A stretch of 64,000 nucleotides of DNA from an uncultured Clostridia bacterium (GCA_944391815.1 CALXUV010000028.1:44240-108239); one strand, 5' to 3'. Numbered from the stretch's first letter, positions 31,157-42,378 are shown. Notes: generated by a model from the sequence alone, not told the origin. Translations and numbers: made by a program.

Positions 31157-32482
31157 ATGGGAAAAATAACATTTATGGGAGCCGGAAGTACGGTATTTGC
31201 AAAAAACGTACTCGGTGACTCGATGCTGTCACCTGCACTCTGCGATTTTGAAATAGCACTGTATGATATTGACGGCGAGAGACTTGAAGAATCGTACACA
31301 ATGGTAACGTTGCTGAACAAAAACATCAACGAAGGTCGCGCAAAGATCACGAAATACCTCGGCGTTGAAAACCGTAAAGATGCACTCAGAAACGCTGATT
31401 TCGTTGTCGATGCGATCCAGGTCGGCGGATATGAACCGTCAACGGTAATAGATTTTGAAATTCCGAAGAAATACGGCCTTCGCCAGACGATAGCCGATAC
31501 TCTCGGCATAGGCGGAATATTCCGTGCGCTCAGAACCATCCCTGTTCTTGCCGATTTTGCAAAAGATATGGAAGAAGTATGTCCGAATGCTTATTTCCTT
31601 AACTATACGAACCCTATGGCGATGCTTTCCGGCTTTATGCAGAGATATACAAATGTAAAAACAGTCGGACTTTGTCACAGCGTTCAGGTTTGCTCTCGCA
31701 GTCTTCTTAAAGCGCTTGACATACCTTTCAAAGAACCCATAAGAGAGAAAATCGCCGGAATAAACCATATGGCATGGCTTCTTGAACTTCAGGATGCTGA
31801 CGGTACGGATCTCTATCCTGAAATCAGAAAACGTGCGATAGCAGAACTTGAAAAGATGCCGGAAAGTCAGTGCAAGGATCTTGTGCGTTACGAGTACATA
31901 CGTCGTCTCGGCTATTATTGCACAGAATCAAGCGAACATAACTCCGAATACAACAATCTGTTCATCAAATCCAAATATCCGGAGCTTATAGAACGCTACA
32001 ATATTCCGCTTGACGAATATCCTCGCCGCTGTGTAAATCAGATAGCAAAATGGAAGCACGACAAGGAAGAGTATCTGAACGGAAATATTTCGCACACACG
32101 TTCGCACGAGTACGCTTCAAGAATTATGGAAGCAATAGTTACCGACGTGCCGTATAAGATCGGTGGAAACGTTATAAACAACGGACTTATAACCAATCTT
32201 CCTCGTGAAGCCTGCGTTGAGGTTCCTTGTCTTGTCAACCGCTTCGGTATTCAGCCGACAGTTGTGGGTGCGCTTCCGATTCAGTGTGCGGCGATGAATA
32301 TGACAAACATAAACGTTCAGTTGCTGACAATAGAAGCTGCGGTAACCCGCAAGAAAGACGCCATATATCAGGCGGCAATGCTTGATCCTCACACATCGTC
32401 AGAACTTTCAATAGACGACATCGTAAAGATGTGCGACGAACTTATCGAAGCCCACGGTGATTACCTCCCCAAGTATAACTGA
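31157..32482 (+). CDS. GH4 family NAD/Mn-dependent alpha-glucosidase/alpha-galactosidase
   Basis: MGKITFMGAGSTVFAKNVL Rossmann start; GH4 length and CHS motif. Confidence 0.85.
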   Translation: MGKITFMGAGSTVFAKNVLGDSMLSPALCDFEIALYDIDGERLEESYTMVTLLNKNINEGRAKITKYLGVENRKDALRNADFVVDAIQVGGYEPSTVIDFEIPKKYGLRQTIADTLGIGGIFRALRTIPVLADFAKDMEEVCPNAYFLNYTNPMAMLSGFMQRYTNVKTVGLCHSVQVCSRSLLKALDIPFKEPIREKIAGINHMAWLLELQDADGTDLYPEIRKRAIAELEKMPESQCKDLVRYEYIRRLGYYCTESSEHNSEYNNLFIKSKYPELIERYNIPLDEYPRRCVNQIAKWKHDKEEYLNGNISHTRSHEYASRIMEAIVTDVPYKIGGNVINNGLITNLPREACVEVPCLVNRFGIQPTVVGALPIQCAAMNMTNINVQLLTIEAAVTRKKDAIYQAAMLDPHTSSELSIDDIVKMCDELIEAHGDYLPKYN

Positions 32483-32619
32483 TATCCACACTATTTGCTG
32501 TGCAAATCCTCAGAAAATATCAGAGAAAATTAATTCAGTTGTTGATCATTTTGAGTTATTTCAGTTTTCGGGTGCGATCGTAACTTTTTATTTACCCAAT
32601 TATAATTTAATAATCTTAC

Positions 32620-32656
32620 AATCCGGGCTTTTTCAGTCCGGATTGTTTTGGTTTTT
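32620..32656 (+). terminator. rho-independent terminator
   Basis: aatccgg gctttttcagt ccggatt GTTTTGGTTTTT. Confidence 0.6.
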
Positions 32657-32965
32657 GAAATTCTTGTAAAAACTATGTTGAAATTGAGTTTGTAAAATAA
32701 ATTCATTTGTAAAAAACTAAAAAACAGGTAAAAAAAAGAGGTAAAAATGAAACTTGACAGATCTATTCGGAACAATATTAAGCTGAAAATCAGAATATAA
32801 ATCAGAGCAAGTAAATAAAATCGTAAGTAGCCTGAAAGACTTAAACTTATAAATTAACACAAAAATAACAAAAAACATATACGCTTAACTTACATTTAAC
32901 GTATAATATGTTGAAAGAACAGGGAGAAAATGTTAGAATAACGTGAAAACAAGAGCGGAGGGTGT

Positions 32966-34036
32966 ATGAAAGTCGGAATTTTAACGAGCGGAGGAGACTG
33001 CTCAGGTCTTAATGCGGTAATACGTTCAATAGGGCTTACCCTGATGAACAATGTGAAAAATGTTGAAATATTGGGAATTCCTGAAGGGTACGGCGGGCTT
33101 ATCCGAGGTGAAAGTTACCGTCTTGAAAGAAATGATTTTGAAGGAATTCTCGGGCTCGGGGGTACGATTCTCGGGACTTCCAGACAGCCGTTCAAAAAAA
33201 TGACTGTGGCGGAAGAGAACGGAACAACAAGACTCGAAAAAATGTGCCGTAACTACCGCAAAATGGGGCTTGACTGTCTTTTTACCCTCGGCGGAGCCGG
33301 AACACATAAGACTGCGGCGCTGCTTTGCATGGAGGGTTGCAACGTTATAGGTCTCCCGAAAACAATTGACAATGATATTTTCGGCACAGATGTCACATTC
33401 GGATTTCAGAGTGCAGTTGAGGTCGCAACGGAAAGTATAGACCGGATTTATACAACGGCGGCGAGCCACAGGCGAACCATGCTTGTCGAAGTGATGGGCA
33501 ACAAAGCCGGATGGCTTACACTTCATTCGGGTATTGCTTCCGGAGCCGACGCAATACTTTTACCGGAAATACCGTATGAGCCTGACGAACTGTGCGAGCT
33601 AATCGAAAAAAGGCAGAAAGACAGCAGATCCTGTACAATAATAGCGATTGCCGAAGGAGCTCTTCCCAAAAGTGAGGTCAAGCTGAAAAAAGAAGAAAGA
33701 AGATTTGTAAGAACCGAACGGGGCGAAACTACCGGCACACAGCATCTTGCGGAAATTCTTCAGGCAAATACCGGCGTCGAAACGAGGGTTTCGGTACTTG
33801 GGTATCTTCAAAGAGGCGGCACCCCTTGCGCCTTTGACAGACTTCTTTCGACAAGACTCGGAGGATTTGCGGCACTCCAGGCAGCAAACGGCAATTTCGG
33901 GGTAACGGTTGCGGTAAACGGAGAGCGTATAGTTTACAACGCTCTTGCCGATATTGCGGGAAAATACAAGTATGTTGATCCCAAGGGAAAATTGGTGCGT
34001 CTCGGCAGACTTACCGGAATTTCTTTCGGAGACTGA
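32966..34036 (+). CDS. pfkA: 6-phosphofructokinase (PfkA family), atypical GGAGT in place of GGDGS
   Basis: MKVGILTSGGDCSGLNAV, TIDNDIFGTD catalytic block, LQRGG. Confidence 0.88.
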   Translation: MKVGILTSGGDCSGLNAVIRSIGLTLMNNVKNVEILGIPEGYGGLIRGESYRLERNDFEGILGLGGTILGTSRQPFKKMTVAEENGTTRLEKMCRNYRKMGLDCLFTLGGAGTHKTAALLCMEGCNVIGLPKTIDNDIFGTDVTFGFQSAVEVATESIDRIYTTAASHRRTMLVEVMGNKAGWLTLHSGIASGADAILLPEIPYEPDELCELIEKRQKDSRSCTIIAIAEGALPKSEVKLKKEERRFVRTERGETTGTQHLAEILQANTGVETRVSVLGYLQRGGTPCAFDRLLSTRLGGFAALQAANGNFGVTVAVNGERIVYNALADIAGKYKYVDPKGKLVRLGRLTGISFGD

Positions 34037-34113
34037 AACGGATATTTTGGAGCATCTGACAAAACCATTTCGTAAAAATCAAAGCAAAGAAAAAGTTCAG
34101 AGGAGGATATTTT

Positions 34114-35286
34114 ATGAAAATAGCAGTTATTGATATAAGTTCAAGCGGTCTTTCTATGACAGTGGCTGAAGCAGGTAAAAGAAAAACAGAAATTTGTCTT
34201 AAGGAAAGGCTGTCCCTTTGCCTTCCGCATTATACTGACGGAGGAAAACTGTCGGATCTGGGTATCGAAAAGCTGACTTCCGGACTTGTAAATCTGAAAG
34301 ATAAATGTGTGGGACTCGGAGTGGAGATAAGCTATCTGATTTCAACGGCTGCACTGCGTTATCTTGAAAACTGTGATCAGATAAGCCAGCGTGTTTATGA
34401 GGCAACCGGCTTTCCGATTAATTTTATCGATGGAAAAACCGAGGCATACTGCGACTATGTTGCCAACCGATATTACTCATCACTGCCGCAGGCAGTCCTG
34501 ATGGATCTCGGAGGCAAAAGTATTGAAATATGCGATCTTTCTAAAAATAGAAAACAGGATATGCTATATCTTGATTTCGGGCTTCTTGACCTTCACCGTA
34601 AATTTGTAAATAAAATACTTCCGAGCGACGAAGAATCGGAAAAAATGCGTAAATATCTGAAAAAACAGTTTTCGGAAGCAGAGCTTCCGGGAAAAGGCAC
34701 TTATCTTTCAGCGGTTGTTGTAGGCGCAACGGGAAAAGCAGTCTACGACATATATGCGGACTATACAGATGTTCCTGTCGAAGAAAACGGAATGACAATT
34801 GAATACGATAAATTCAGAAAAATGGTAAAGCATTTGCTTTCGGGAAAAGACAGAACAAAACTGATCCTTAAACACGCCCCGGAAAAGCTTTATCTCATAG
34901 TACCGGCGGCGATAACAATGAAAGCTCTGTTCAAAAGATTCGGCGTCGAACATATCGTGGTAAGCGACAGCGGGGTAAAAGAGGGATATCTGTACCTTGT
35001 TCTGCATACCAAGGAAAAAGGTGTCTGCTACGATTACCGTACCGGAAAAGTAAACGAATCTCCCTTTGAAAAAGAAGAAACCGAAGTAAAAGCGGAGGCA
35101 AGGCGGAGAAGACGGTCATCCCGTTCCGTTGAGAATTCTGTGAAAGCAGACGGAAACGAGCAGGAAAATTTCGTTTCCGACACTGCTGAAAGCGGTCAGC
35201 AGAATTCTGTAAAAGAAAGTGAATTTATTTCTGAAAACACCGTAACAGATACGGTAACTAATGCCGATACTGAATCGGAAAAATGA
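34114..35286 (+). CDS. ppx: Ppx/GppA-family exopolyphosphatase with acidic low-complexity tail
   Basis: MKIAVIDISSSGLSMTV actin-like fold; upstream of ppk. Confidence 0.75.
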   Translation: MKIAVIDISSSGLSMTVAEAGKRKTEICLKERLSLCLPHYTDGGKLSDLGIEKLTSGLVNLKDKCVGLGVEISYLISTAALRYLENCDQISQRVYEATGFPINFIDGKTEAYCDYVANRYYSSLPQAVLMDLGGKSIEICDLSKNRKQDMLYLDFGLLDLHRKFVNKILPSDEESEKMRKYLKKQFSEAELPGKGTYLSAVVVGATGKAVYDIYADYTDVPVEENGMTIEYDKFRKMVKHLLSGKDRTKLILKHAPEKLYLIVPAAITMKALFKRFGVEHIVVSDSGVKEGYLYLVLHTKEKGVCYDYRTGKVNESPFEKEETEVKAEARRRRRSSRSVENSVKADGNEQENFVSDTAESGQQNSVKESEFISENTVTDTVTNADTESEK

Positions 35287-35458
35287 AATTCGTTTTTATT
35301 CCGATTTAACCCGAAAATGAGATAAAGAGCAGAAGCGGTTTTATTTTGCTCCCAAAAAGCCATCCGTACGGATGGAAGCGTAGTTAACAGGCAGATTATT
35401 ACTTTTGTATCAAACGGAATTTATCAACCGCTCAAAACACTTCAAAGCGAGGAAAAAG

Positions 35459-37540
35459 ATGAAAGAAGCAGTTATCAGCGACCGTATCGGAAAACGGTTC
35501 AGAAAAGGCATATATATGAATCGGGAATACAGTTGGCTGTTGTTCAATAAGCGAGTGCTTGAGCAGTCGCAGGATCTGACCAACCCGATTCTTGAACGTT
35601 GCAGATTCATATCGATATTTACTTCAAACCTCGATGAGTTTTTCATGGTTAGAGTCGGTAGTCTCTGGAACGAAATGCTCACATCGCCGGACGAAAAGGA
35701 AAATAAAACAGACCTTACAGCATCTGAGCAGCTTGAAGGAATTTGTGATTATGTAAGGAAACTTTATCCTATCAGAACCAGATATTATTCAAGGCTACGT
35801 AAAGAGCTTTCTCTTCACGGAATAAAGATAATGACCGATACGGATCTGACCGGCAGACAGAAAGAAATTTGCGAGCGGATATTTACAGACTCGGTACTGC
35901 CGCTTCTGTCGCCGCTTGTACTTGACGCCAAACATCCGCTTATGCAGTTTGAAAACAAGCAGGAATATATGCTGTACGAGCTTGAAAAAGAGGGCAGACG
36001 TATGGTGGGTGTCATGAAAGTACATCCGGGTCTTGACAGAATTTACAGGATAGGAGAGGGAAAGAAAGTCCGTCTTATGCCTCTTGAAGAAATGATACGC
36101 GCATTCGGTGACAAAGCCTTTACCGGTTATGATGTCAAGGATAAACTTTATCTGCGGGTTACAAGAAACGCGGATTTTGACACTCAGATTGACGATACAG
36201 ACCTTGAACATGACTATCCCGAGCAAATGAAACAGAAGGTTGATTCGAGGGCAACTCAGTGTGCGGTAAGACTTGAAACGGACAGAGAGGATTCAAAGCT
36301 GCTTGAGTTCGCAAAGAAACTTTTGCATCTGCCGTCAAAATTCTGTTTTGTTTCCCCGAATTTTTTCAGGTATAATTTTCTGGGAAATCTTGCTGGATAT
36401 ATTCCTGATGAACAAAAAGCCGATATGCTTTACAAACCTTTTTCGGGAGCTGAAGTGTTTACCGGAAGTTCGGTTATAGATGAGATTTTCCGGCGTGATC
36501 TGTTTTTGTCATACCCTTACGACAGCATGAGCACGCTTGTTAAGCTCCTTGAGGAATGTACGGTCGACGACCGTGTGCAGTCTGTACAGATAACCATATA
36601 CCGTCTTGCAAGTCATTCAAGGATAGCCGAACTGCTTTGCAAAGCGAGTGAAAACGGAAAACAGGTAACTGTTGTCATTGAGTTAAGCGCAAGGTTTGAT
36701 GAAGAGAATAATATGTACTTTGCCGATAAACTTAAAAATGCCGGATGCACGATTATTTACGGCATGGGAAATTACAAAGTACATTCAAAAATTCTGTCTG
36801 TTGTGCTCAAGGAAAAAGACAACATAAAATATATAACTCATCTCGGCACCGGAAATTACAATGAGTCAACAAGCAAGCAGTATACGGACTTGAACATACT
36901 TACCTCAGACCGTCTGATCGGTGAGGACGCTGTGGCGTTTTTTCAGAATATTGCCATTGCAAATACTGATTTCAGTTACGAAAGACTTCTCGTTGCTCCT
37001 AAGACCCTTAAGTCGGGAATTATAGCGCTTATTGATGAGGAAACGGAAAAAGCCAAACGCGGTCAGAATGCTGTGATTCTCGCAAAGATGAACAGCCTGA
37101 CTGATAAGGAAATGATCGATAAGTTTGCTGAGGCGAGCGAAGCGGGGGTGCAAATTACCCTAATTGTACGAGGTATATGTTGCCTTGTTCCCGGAATTGA
37201 AGGAAAAACGGATAACATTAAGATAATAAGTATTGTCGGAAGATTTCTCGAGCATTCAAGAGTTTACGTTTTCGGAGAGGGAAGCGAACGTAAAATGTAT
37301 ATATCGAGTGCGGATCTTATGACGAGAAATGTAAGCAAGAGAGTTGAAATAGCGGCGCCGGTGCTTGATGCCGAAATAGCCGACAGAATTTATGACGATT
37401 TGCAGACAATGCTGACCGATAACGTAAAGGCGTCAAAGCTTTGCAGTGACGGTAAGTACAGACGTGTGGAAACTCTCGGAGAAATGGTTGATGCCCAGCA
37501 GCAGTTCATTATAGAGGCAACTGAAGAAGCTGCTCTGTAA
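35459..37540 (+). CDS. ppk: polyphosphate kinase 1
   Basis: NREYSWLLFNKRVLEQ, FISIFTSNLDEFFMVRV, two PLD-like HKD regions; RBS AGGAAAAAG before ATG 35459. Confidence 0.92.
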   Translation: MKEAVISDRIGKRFRKGIYMNREYSWLLFNKRVLEQSQDLTNPILERCRFISIFTSNLDEFFMVRVGSLWNEMLTSPDEKENKTDLTASEQLEGICDYVRKLYPIRTRYYSRLRKELSLHGIKIMTDTDLTGRQKEICERIFTDSVLPLLSPLVLDAKHPLMQFENKQEYMLYELEKEGRRMVGVMKVHPGLDRIYRIGEGKKVRLMPLEEMIRAFGDKAFTGYDVKDKLYLRVTRNADFDTQIDDTDLEHDYPEQMKQKVDSRATQCAVRLETDREDSKLLEFAKKLLHLPSKFCFVSPNFFRYNFLGNLAGYIPDEQKADMLYKPFSGAEVFTGSSVIDEIFRRDLFLSYPYDSMSTLVKLLEECTVDDRVQSVQITIYRLASHSRIAELLCKASENGKQVTVVIELSARFDEENNMYFADKLKNAGCTIIYGMGNYKVHSKILSVVLKEKDNIKYITHLGTGNYNESTSKQYTDLNILTSDRLIGEDAVAFFQNIAIANTDFSYERLLVAPKTLKSGIIALIDEETEKAKRGQNAVILAKMNSLTDKEMIDKFAEASEAGVQITLIVRGICCLVPGIEGKTDNIKIISIVGRFLEHSRVYVFGEGSERKMYISSADLMTRNVSKRVEIAAPVLDAEIADRIYDDLQTMLTDNVKASKLCSDGKYRRVETLGEMVDAQQQFIIEATEEAAL

Positions 37541-37624
37541 AATTCATGTTTTGGTCAGATGCGGTTTCGGTTTTGTATGTATGACTATGTGAAAATATAC
37601 TTTAATTCGTTACTGAAAATTTAT

Positions 37625-37674
37625 GGGCTTACTCAGATGCAGATTTCAAGCATTTTAGTAAGCCCGTTTTGATT
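37625..37674 (+). terminator. rho-independent terminator after ppk
   Basis: gggcttact...agtaagccc GTTTTGATT. Confidence 0.65.
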
Positions 37675-38136
37675 AATAAGCAGATTTGAATGGTAGTTAA
37701 AAATATAAGTAAATAGCATAATGATACCTTACGCCATATGTTTAAGTCTGATTTTTTTGGCAAGTGGTGTGCGGAAAGCGAGGTTTTGTAAGTTACAGAA
37801 TAATATCGACATAAAGCGGAAAAAGGTCTGAAAACTTATCAAAATAAATCGGAGCGTGGCGTTTGAAACGCAGCACGGTTGGATTATTTTTCCCGAAAAC
37901 TATGATATGGTAAATTGTTTCGCTGAAGTTACCCGGTTCATCGTGCGAAAATCCGGACGAAAAGCAGAAATGGTGTCCACGGGTTTCGTCAGGTGGTTCT
38001 TCGGACAGATCGTGCGCTTCAATCCATCCTCGTTTGAGTGCGGCTTTGAGGCAGGGGCTTTCCATCACATCGTTAAAATCATTTTTTCACTGGTTGTTAG
38101 ATGCGATTCTCATAATAAATAAAAGTTATTGTTAAT

Positions 38137-39253
38137 TTATCCGCTGAGACAATTGTCGTGAGAGGGATTTTCGGTAAGCAGTTTTTTATAGGAAAAATCT
38201 ATTGCCGCAGCACCTGACGGAGCTGTGATAAGGATAGCGGTAACTGCAACGCTCAAAACTATCTGACCGCAGGGAACTCCCATTGAAAGCGGAACGGAAC
38301 CGATCGCCGCCTGAACGGTTGCGCAAGTATGCAAGTGCGCAGAACAAACATTCTTTTGCGGAAAAACCTGACCTGAAAGTACATATAAACACGCCGACCG
38401 ATCGGATAAATAAAGCCAAAAATATCAGTATAAGCACTTTTATTCCGGATTTTGCGGCATAGGAAACGTCTACCGAGGCTCCGACCAACACAAAAAGCAG
38501 TATTTCGGCTGGAAGCCACAGTCGTGAAAATTTTTCGGAAAGGCGGTCCGCTACCGTCTCTTTTTTGTTTTTAATAATGACAGCCATTGAGATAACCGCA
38601 ATAAGACCGGAAAAAGGTATTATTTTTGAAGTTATGAATTCTTCGGCTCCGGTAAAAAGAAAAGCCATAGCCATGAGTATAGTGACTTTTATGCTGTCAC
38701 GTATATGAATTTTTGAAAAAAGTGCAGCCAGAACGGCACCGAAAGCAACTCCGATGAGTACACCGCTGAAAACGGAAATAGGTACACTCAGCAAATAAAT
38801 GAATGAAAAACTGCCTCCCGTTTCCATTCCGAGGAATGATGTAAACATTACGATTACATAAACGTCGTCAAGAGAAGCACCGGCGAGAATCATCTGAGGA
38901 ATGTTTTTATCTGTCCCGTAATTTTTTTCTGTAAGTGAAACCATTTTAGGTACGACCACTGCCGGTGAAACCGCACCAAGAACTGCACCGAGAACAGCAG
39001 ACTCTGTAAAACTGAGCGAAAGAAGAGGGAGAGCCGGCAGGATAACGGCGACTATTTCAAAAGACGCCGGCAGAAATGACATCAGCAGAGACGGCCTGCC
39101 GATTTTTTTCAGATCGCAAAATCTGAGAGAAAGTCCAGCCTTGATAAGGATAATTATCAGAGCTATCTTGCGCAGTTCAGCTGAAATTCCCAAAAGCGCA
39201 GGATCCAAAATATTCAGAACATAGGGACCGCATAATATTCCGGTAAGCAGCAT
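38137..39253 (-). pseudogene. CPA1-type Na+/H+ (cation:proton) antiporter, frameshifted near 38330 and N-terminally short
   Basis: ORF 38186..39253 is antiporter-like for about 290 aa then turns to non-membrane text, while overlapping ORF 38137..38334 in another frame continues the hydrophobic sequence; upstream in-frame stop a few codons before the start. Confidence 0.55.
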
Positions 39254-39567
39254 CCCGACAAGTTTAGGAATATGTATTTTTCTGAAAAATAAAAGCAGAA
39301 ATCAAACCGAGCAAAAATACAGTTCCGAGAGAAAAAAATCATAAAATTCCTTTCCGAGGAACAAAAAAGCCAATGTCCCCCTGCAACAAAAAATGCAGAA
39401 GTCATCAGCTTAAAAAGCGGTTCCGGTTACACACCGAGGGAGAACTTCATTCCCTGTATTCAGTTAAGTGTTACTAATAATATATAGCGTCCAAAGTTAA
39501 GTCTTAAAATCTGTTAAAATCCACTTACGGCGTTATTGTAGCACAGAAACCGTAATTTGTCAATAAC

Positions 39568-39616
39568 TGCGTAAATAAAACTTGATTTTTCATGCGTAAA
39601 TAAAACTTGATTTTTC
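39568..39616. repeat. perfect 24-bp tandem duplication (TGCGTAAATAAAACTTGATTTTTC x2, 1-nt spacer)
   Basis: read directly. Confidence 0.85.
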
Positions 39617-40142
39617 TGATTTTCTCAAAAAACATTTCTGTAATATTAGTATGCTTGAATTTTAATTGAAAAGTTTTTTGCAACTGCTTTAGCTCATTAA
39701 TGTTTAAGACTTTTCTACGCTGTTTTATAAAGCTATTTGTATAAAATTCTAATGATTTTATGTATCTTACAAAGTAAAAAACTGCCAATGTTGACAATGG
39801 AGTAATAATATGTTATAATTTGGTTGCAAAGTATCGGTTTTGTCGATTAAATTTTCTGCAAGTTAAATTTCTCCGAGGTTTCAGGAGTGGCTAAAAAATT
39901 TCACGCAAAATCAAAACGGCAAATATGTAATATAATATCAGTAGTTTACAGTAAAGCAAATATCAGTATTGTCTTATAAGTAAAAAAAATTTTAATCAGA
40001 ATCAGGTTTCAGTTCTTATTTCCGGTTAAGCTTAGTAATTTTATTATAACTTAAAAATCTTATTTTCTTTAAATTGAAAATAACGGAACAGCGCCGTTGT
40101 CAACAAATTGATTAAAATGAGTTAGTAAAGGAGAAAGCTGAA

Positions 40143-41267
40143 ATGAAAAAACGTTTTTACGCAAAACTTTTGCTTGTGTTATTCTGTTTAATGTCACTGA
40201 ACATATTTCTGCCGATTCCGGTAAATGCCGATACCGGCCCGAAACCTTCCGTTGTGATAAATTTCAACGGTCTGACAGATAAAATCTGTTACGGAACTTT
40301 ACTTTCATCTACATCGAGTACCGGTCCTTCTTCTGCATGGAACGGAGAGGAAAGCAGTGCGATACATAACGAAAACGAGCGTTATGAATATGTAGACTAC
40401 GGATACGACATATGGAAAGCATTCGTTGATTATAAAGATGAGGACGGGTATTATTTTCTTCAGGAAGCATGGAATGTCAGCGAAACGAAAAGTTTAAGCT
40501 GGACATATTACCCTCCTCAGAAATTTAAAATACTGCTTTATTTTCCCGAAACCAATACTTACGCCGTCAGTGGAATTTGTGAAAGATATGCATTTGATAC
40601 CTATTATACTGTTGACGTTGATGAAGCTGCAATAACGGCAACAAATTACGATCAGACAAACAGCACAGATGCAAGGCTTGATGCTTTCAGAAGTTACAAT
40701 TTTAGCAGAGAAGCCATATCTTTGATTATAAGAATATGCATTACTATTGTTATAGAAATTGTTATTGCCTTGCTGTTTGGAATAAATAAATTTAAACAGA
40801 TACTTACAATACTATGCGTTAATCTGATCACTCAAATACTACTGAACCTGAGCCTTAATACACTTAGTTACAGAACCTATTATATAACCTATATTTTGCT
40901 TTATATAATCATTGAATTGCTGATAATTGCTATCGAAGCAGCTGTCTACTGCAAAGTGTTTAAAGTAATCGCTGAATCTGAAACACCTAAACTTAAACTG
41001 AACATAAAAACTGCCGATGAAGATCTGCAAATTAATGTTGGCGAGCAACCGTTTTGTAAAACAGAAAATGGGCAGTTTTGCATGGTAAATCTTAAAGGTT
41101 CTGACTCTGAAGAAAAAACTGAGATAAAGCTGTCAGGTGCGCTTTTATCGAAAATTTTTGATAAAAGAAATTCAAACCTCAAATATATAATTTACGCATT
41201 TCTTGCAAACGCAATATCATTTGTGTTTGGTCTTGGTTTGTATCTTTATATTCCTCAGCTTTTTTAA
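40143..41267 (+). CDS. secreted/membrane protein: signal peptide, about 190-aa ectodomain, 3 TM, loop, C-terminal TM
   Basis: MKKRFYAKLLLVLFCLMSLNIFLPIPVNA; AAAGGAG RBS. Confidence 0.55.
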   Translation: MKKRFYAKLLLVLFCLMSLNIFLPIPVNADTGPKPSVVINFNGLTDKICYGTLLSSTSSTGPSSAWNGEESSAIHNENERYEYVDYGYDIWKAFVDYKDEDGYYFLQEAWNVSETKSLSWTYYPPQKFKILLYFPETNTYAVSGICERYAFDTYYTVDVDEAAITATNYDQTNSTDARLDAFRSYNFSREAISLIIRICITIVIEIVIALLFGINKFKQILTILCVNLITQILLNLSLNTLSYRTYYITYILLYIIIELLIIAIEAAVYCKVFKVIAESETPKLKLNIKTADEDLQINVGEQPFCKTENGQFCMVNLKGSDSEEKTEIKLSGALLSKIFDKRNSNLKYIIYAFLANAISFVFGLGLYLYIPQLF

Positions 41268-41556
41268 AGTAAGACAAGTTTAATTTGCCTTAAGAAATCA
41301 GGAGTAATGAGGCAAAATAACAGTAGCATGAATTTGTACCGAAAACTAAGTTAAAAAGGAATTTGAAAACCGGTAGCAGTTATTAAACTAACCGAAAGTT
41401 GTTGGAATTTAAAACTGATTTGAAATTTATTGTTGTTTTTTATGCGTGATTGATGTCAGGTTGTGAAACTTAAACGAAGCAAGGCGTTGCAGAGTAAATT
41501 ATTAAGTTTGATTTTCGATATATTAAAAAATCCGGAAAAGTCCGAGGTTACAGATA

Positions 41557-42378
41557 ATGAAAGCTCTGATTGATTTTCTTAAAGTTACAGATGATAAAAT
41601 TTATCGAAGGTATGTAACTGTTGAGCGCAATATCAAGGCGGCAAGTAACTCTTTTTACGACTCATACCTTGACCTGCTTGAAGAATTTCTGAAAGTTGTT
41701 GCTGCTGAGTTCGATATTTCTCTGGAAATGCGTGAAACCTGCGGCGGAATATTGAAAAAAAGTTGCATACATTCTTTATTTACCGAAAAGTTTGGTCTTG
41801 ACGAATACACATACGGCAAAATGCAGGACTACACTTTGAAGGTTAACGGACACAAGCACAAAAACGAAAAACTTGTTTCGGAAGAAATAGTAAACAAGTA
41901 TATGAATGTCTTTTTACGTTCCGTGTCTGCTTTTGCATCATATAAGGGGTTATCATCCTGCGGACCGGATGAATTCGATTTTTCCGGAATTTTCGGTGAA
42001 TACCATAAAGAAAACAGTATCCTTAAAAAAGAGATGACAGAACTAAGAAGAGAACTTGGTGAAGCAGTTGAGGCGCATAGGCTTAAGCAAAGTGATGTTG
42101 ATCTTTACAAAAATCTTTTGTCACAGGCTGAAATAGAGAAGCTTAATCTCGATGAACAAAATTATGAGCTCCAAAAACAGATAAGCAAACTCAAAGACAT
42201 TAAACTCAGCTCAATGGAAGAAAAACTTAACAAGACGATCGAGCTTCTGCACGAACTGACCGCACAGGTGGTGGAGAACAGGGCAATTTCCTATGCAGTC
42301 GGAGATACCATCTGCGGCAGGAAGCTTTTTGAATCATATGTTGAACGTGCGAAAGGAGATCTGAAACATGAACGGTAA
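41557..42378 (+). CDS. cytoplasmic coiled-coil protein, unknown function
   Basis: heptad-rich C-half; start of next gene overlaps (ATGA-type coupling). Confidence 0.55.
   Translation: MKALIDFLKVTDDKIYRRYVTVERNIKAASNSFYDSYLDLLEEFLKVVAAEFDISLEMRETCGGILKKSCIHSLFTEKFGLDEYTYGKMQDYTLKVNGHKHKNEKLVSEEIVNKYMNVFLRSVSAFASYKGLSSCGPDEFDFSGIFGEYHKENSILKKEMTELRRELGEAVEAHRLKQSDVDLYKNLLSQAEIEKLNLDEQNYELQKQISKLKDIKLSSMEEKLNKTIELLHELTAQVVENRAISYAVGDTICGRKLFESYVERAKGDLKHER

Noticed and set aside
37793-38122. 91-aa minus and 88-aa plus overlapping ORFs between ppk and the antiporter
   Set aside because: Cannot both be real; neither has a convincing RBS or motif. Possibly a gene fragment; left uncalled.
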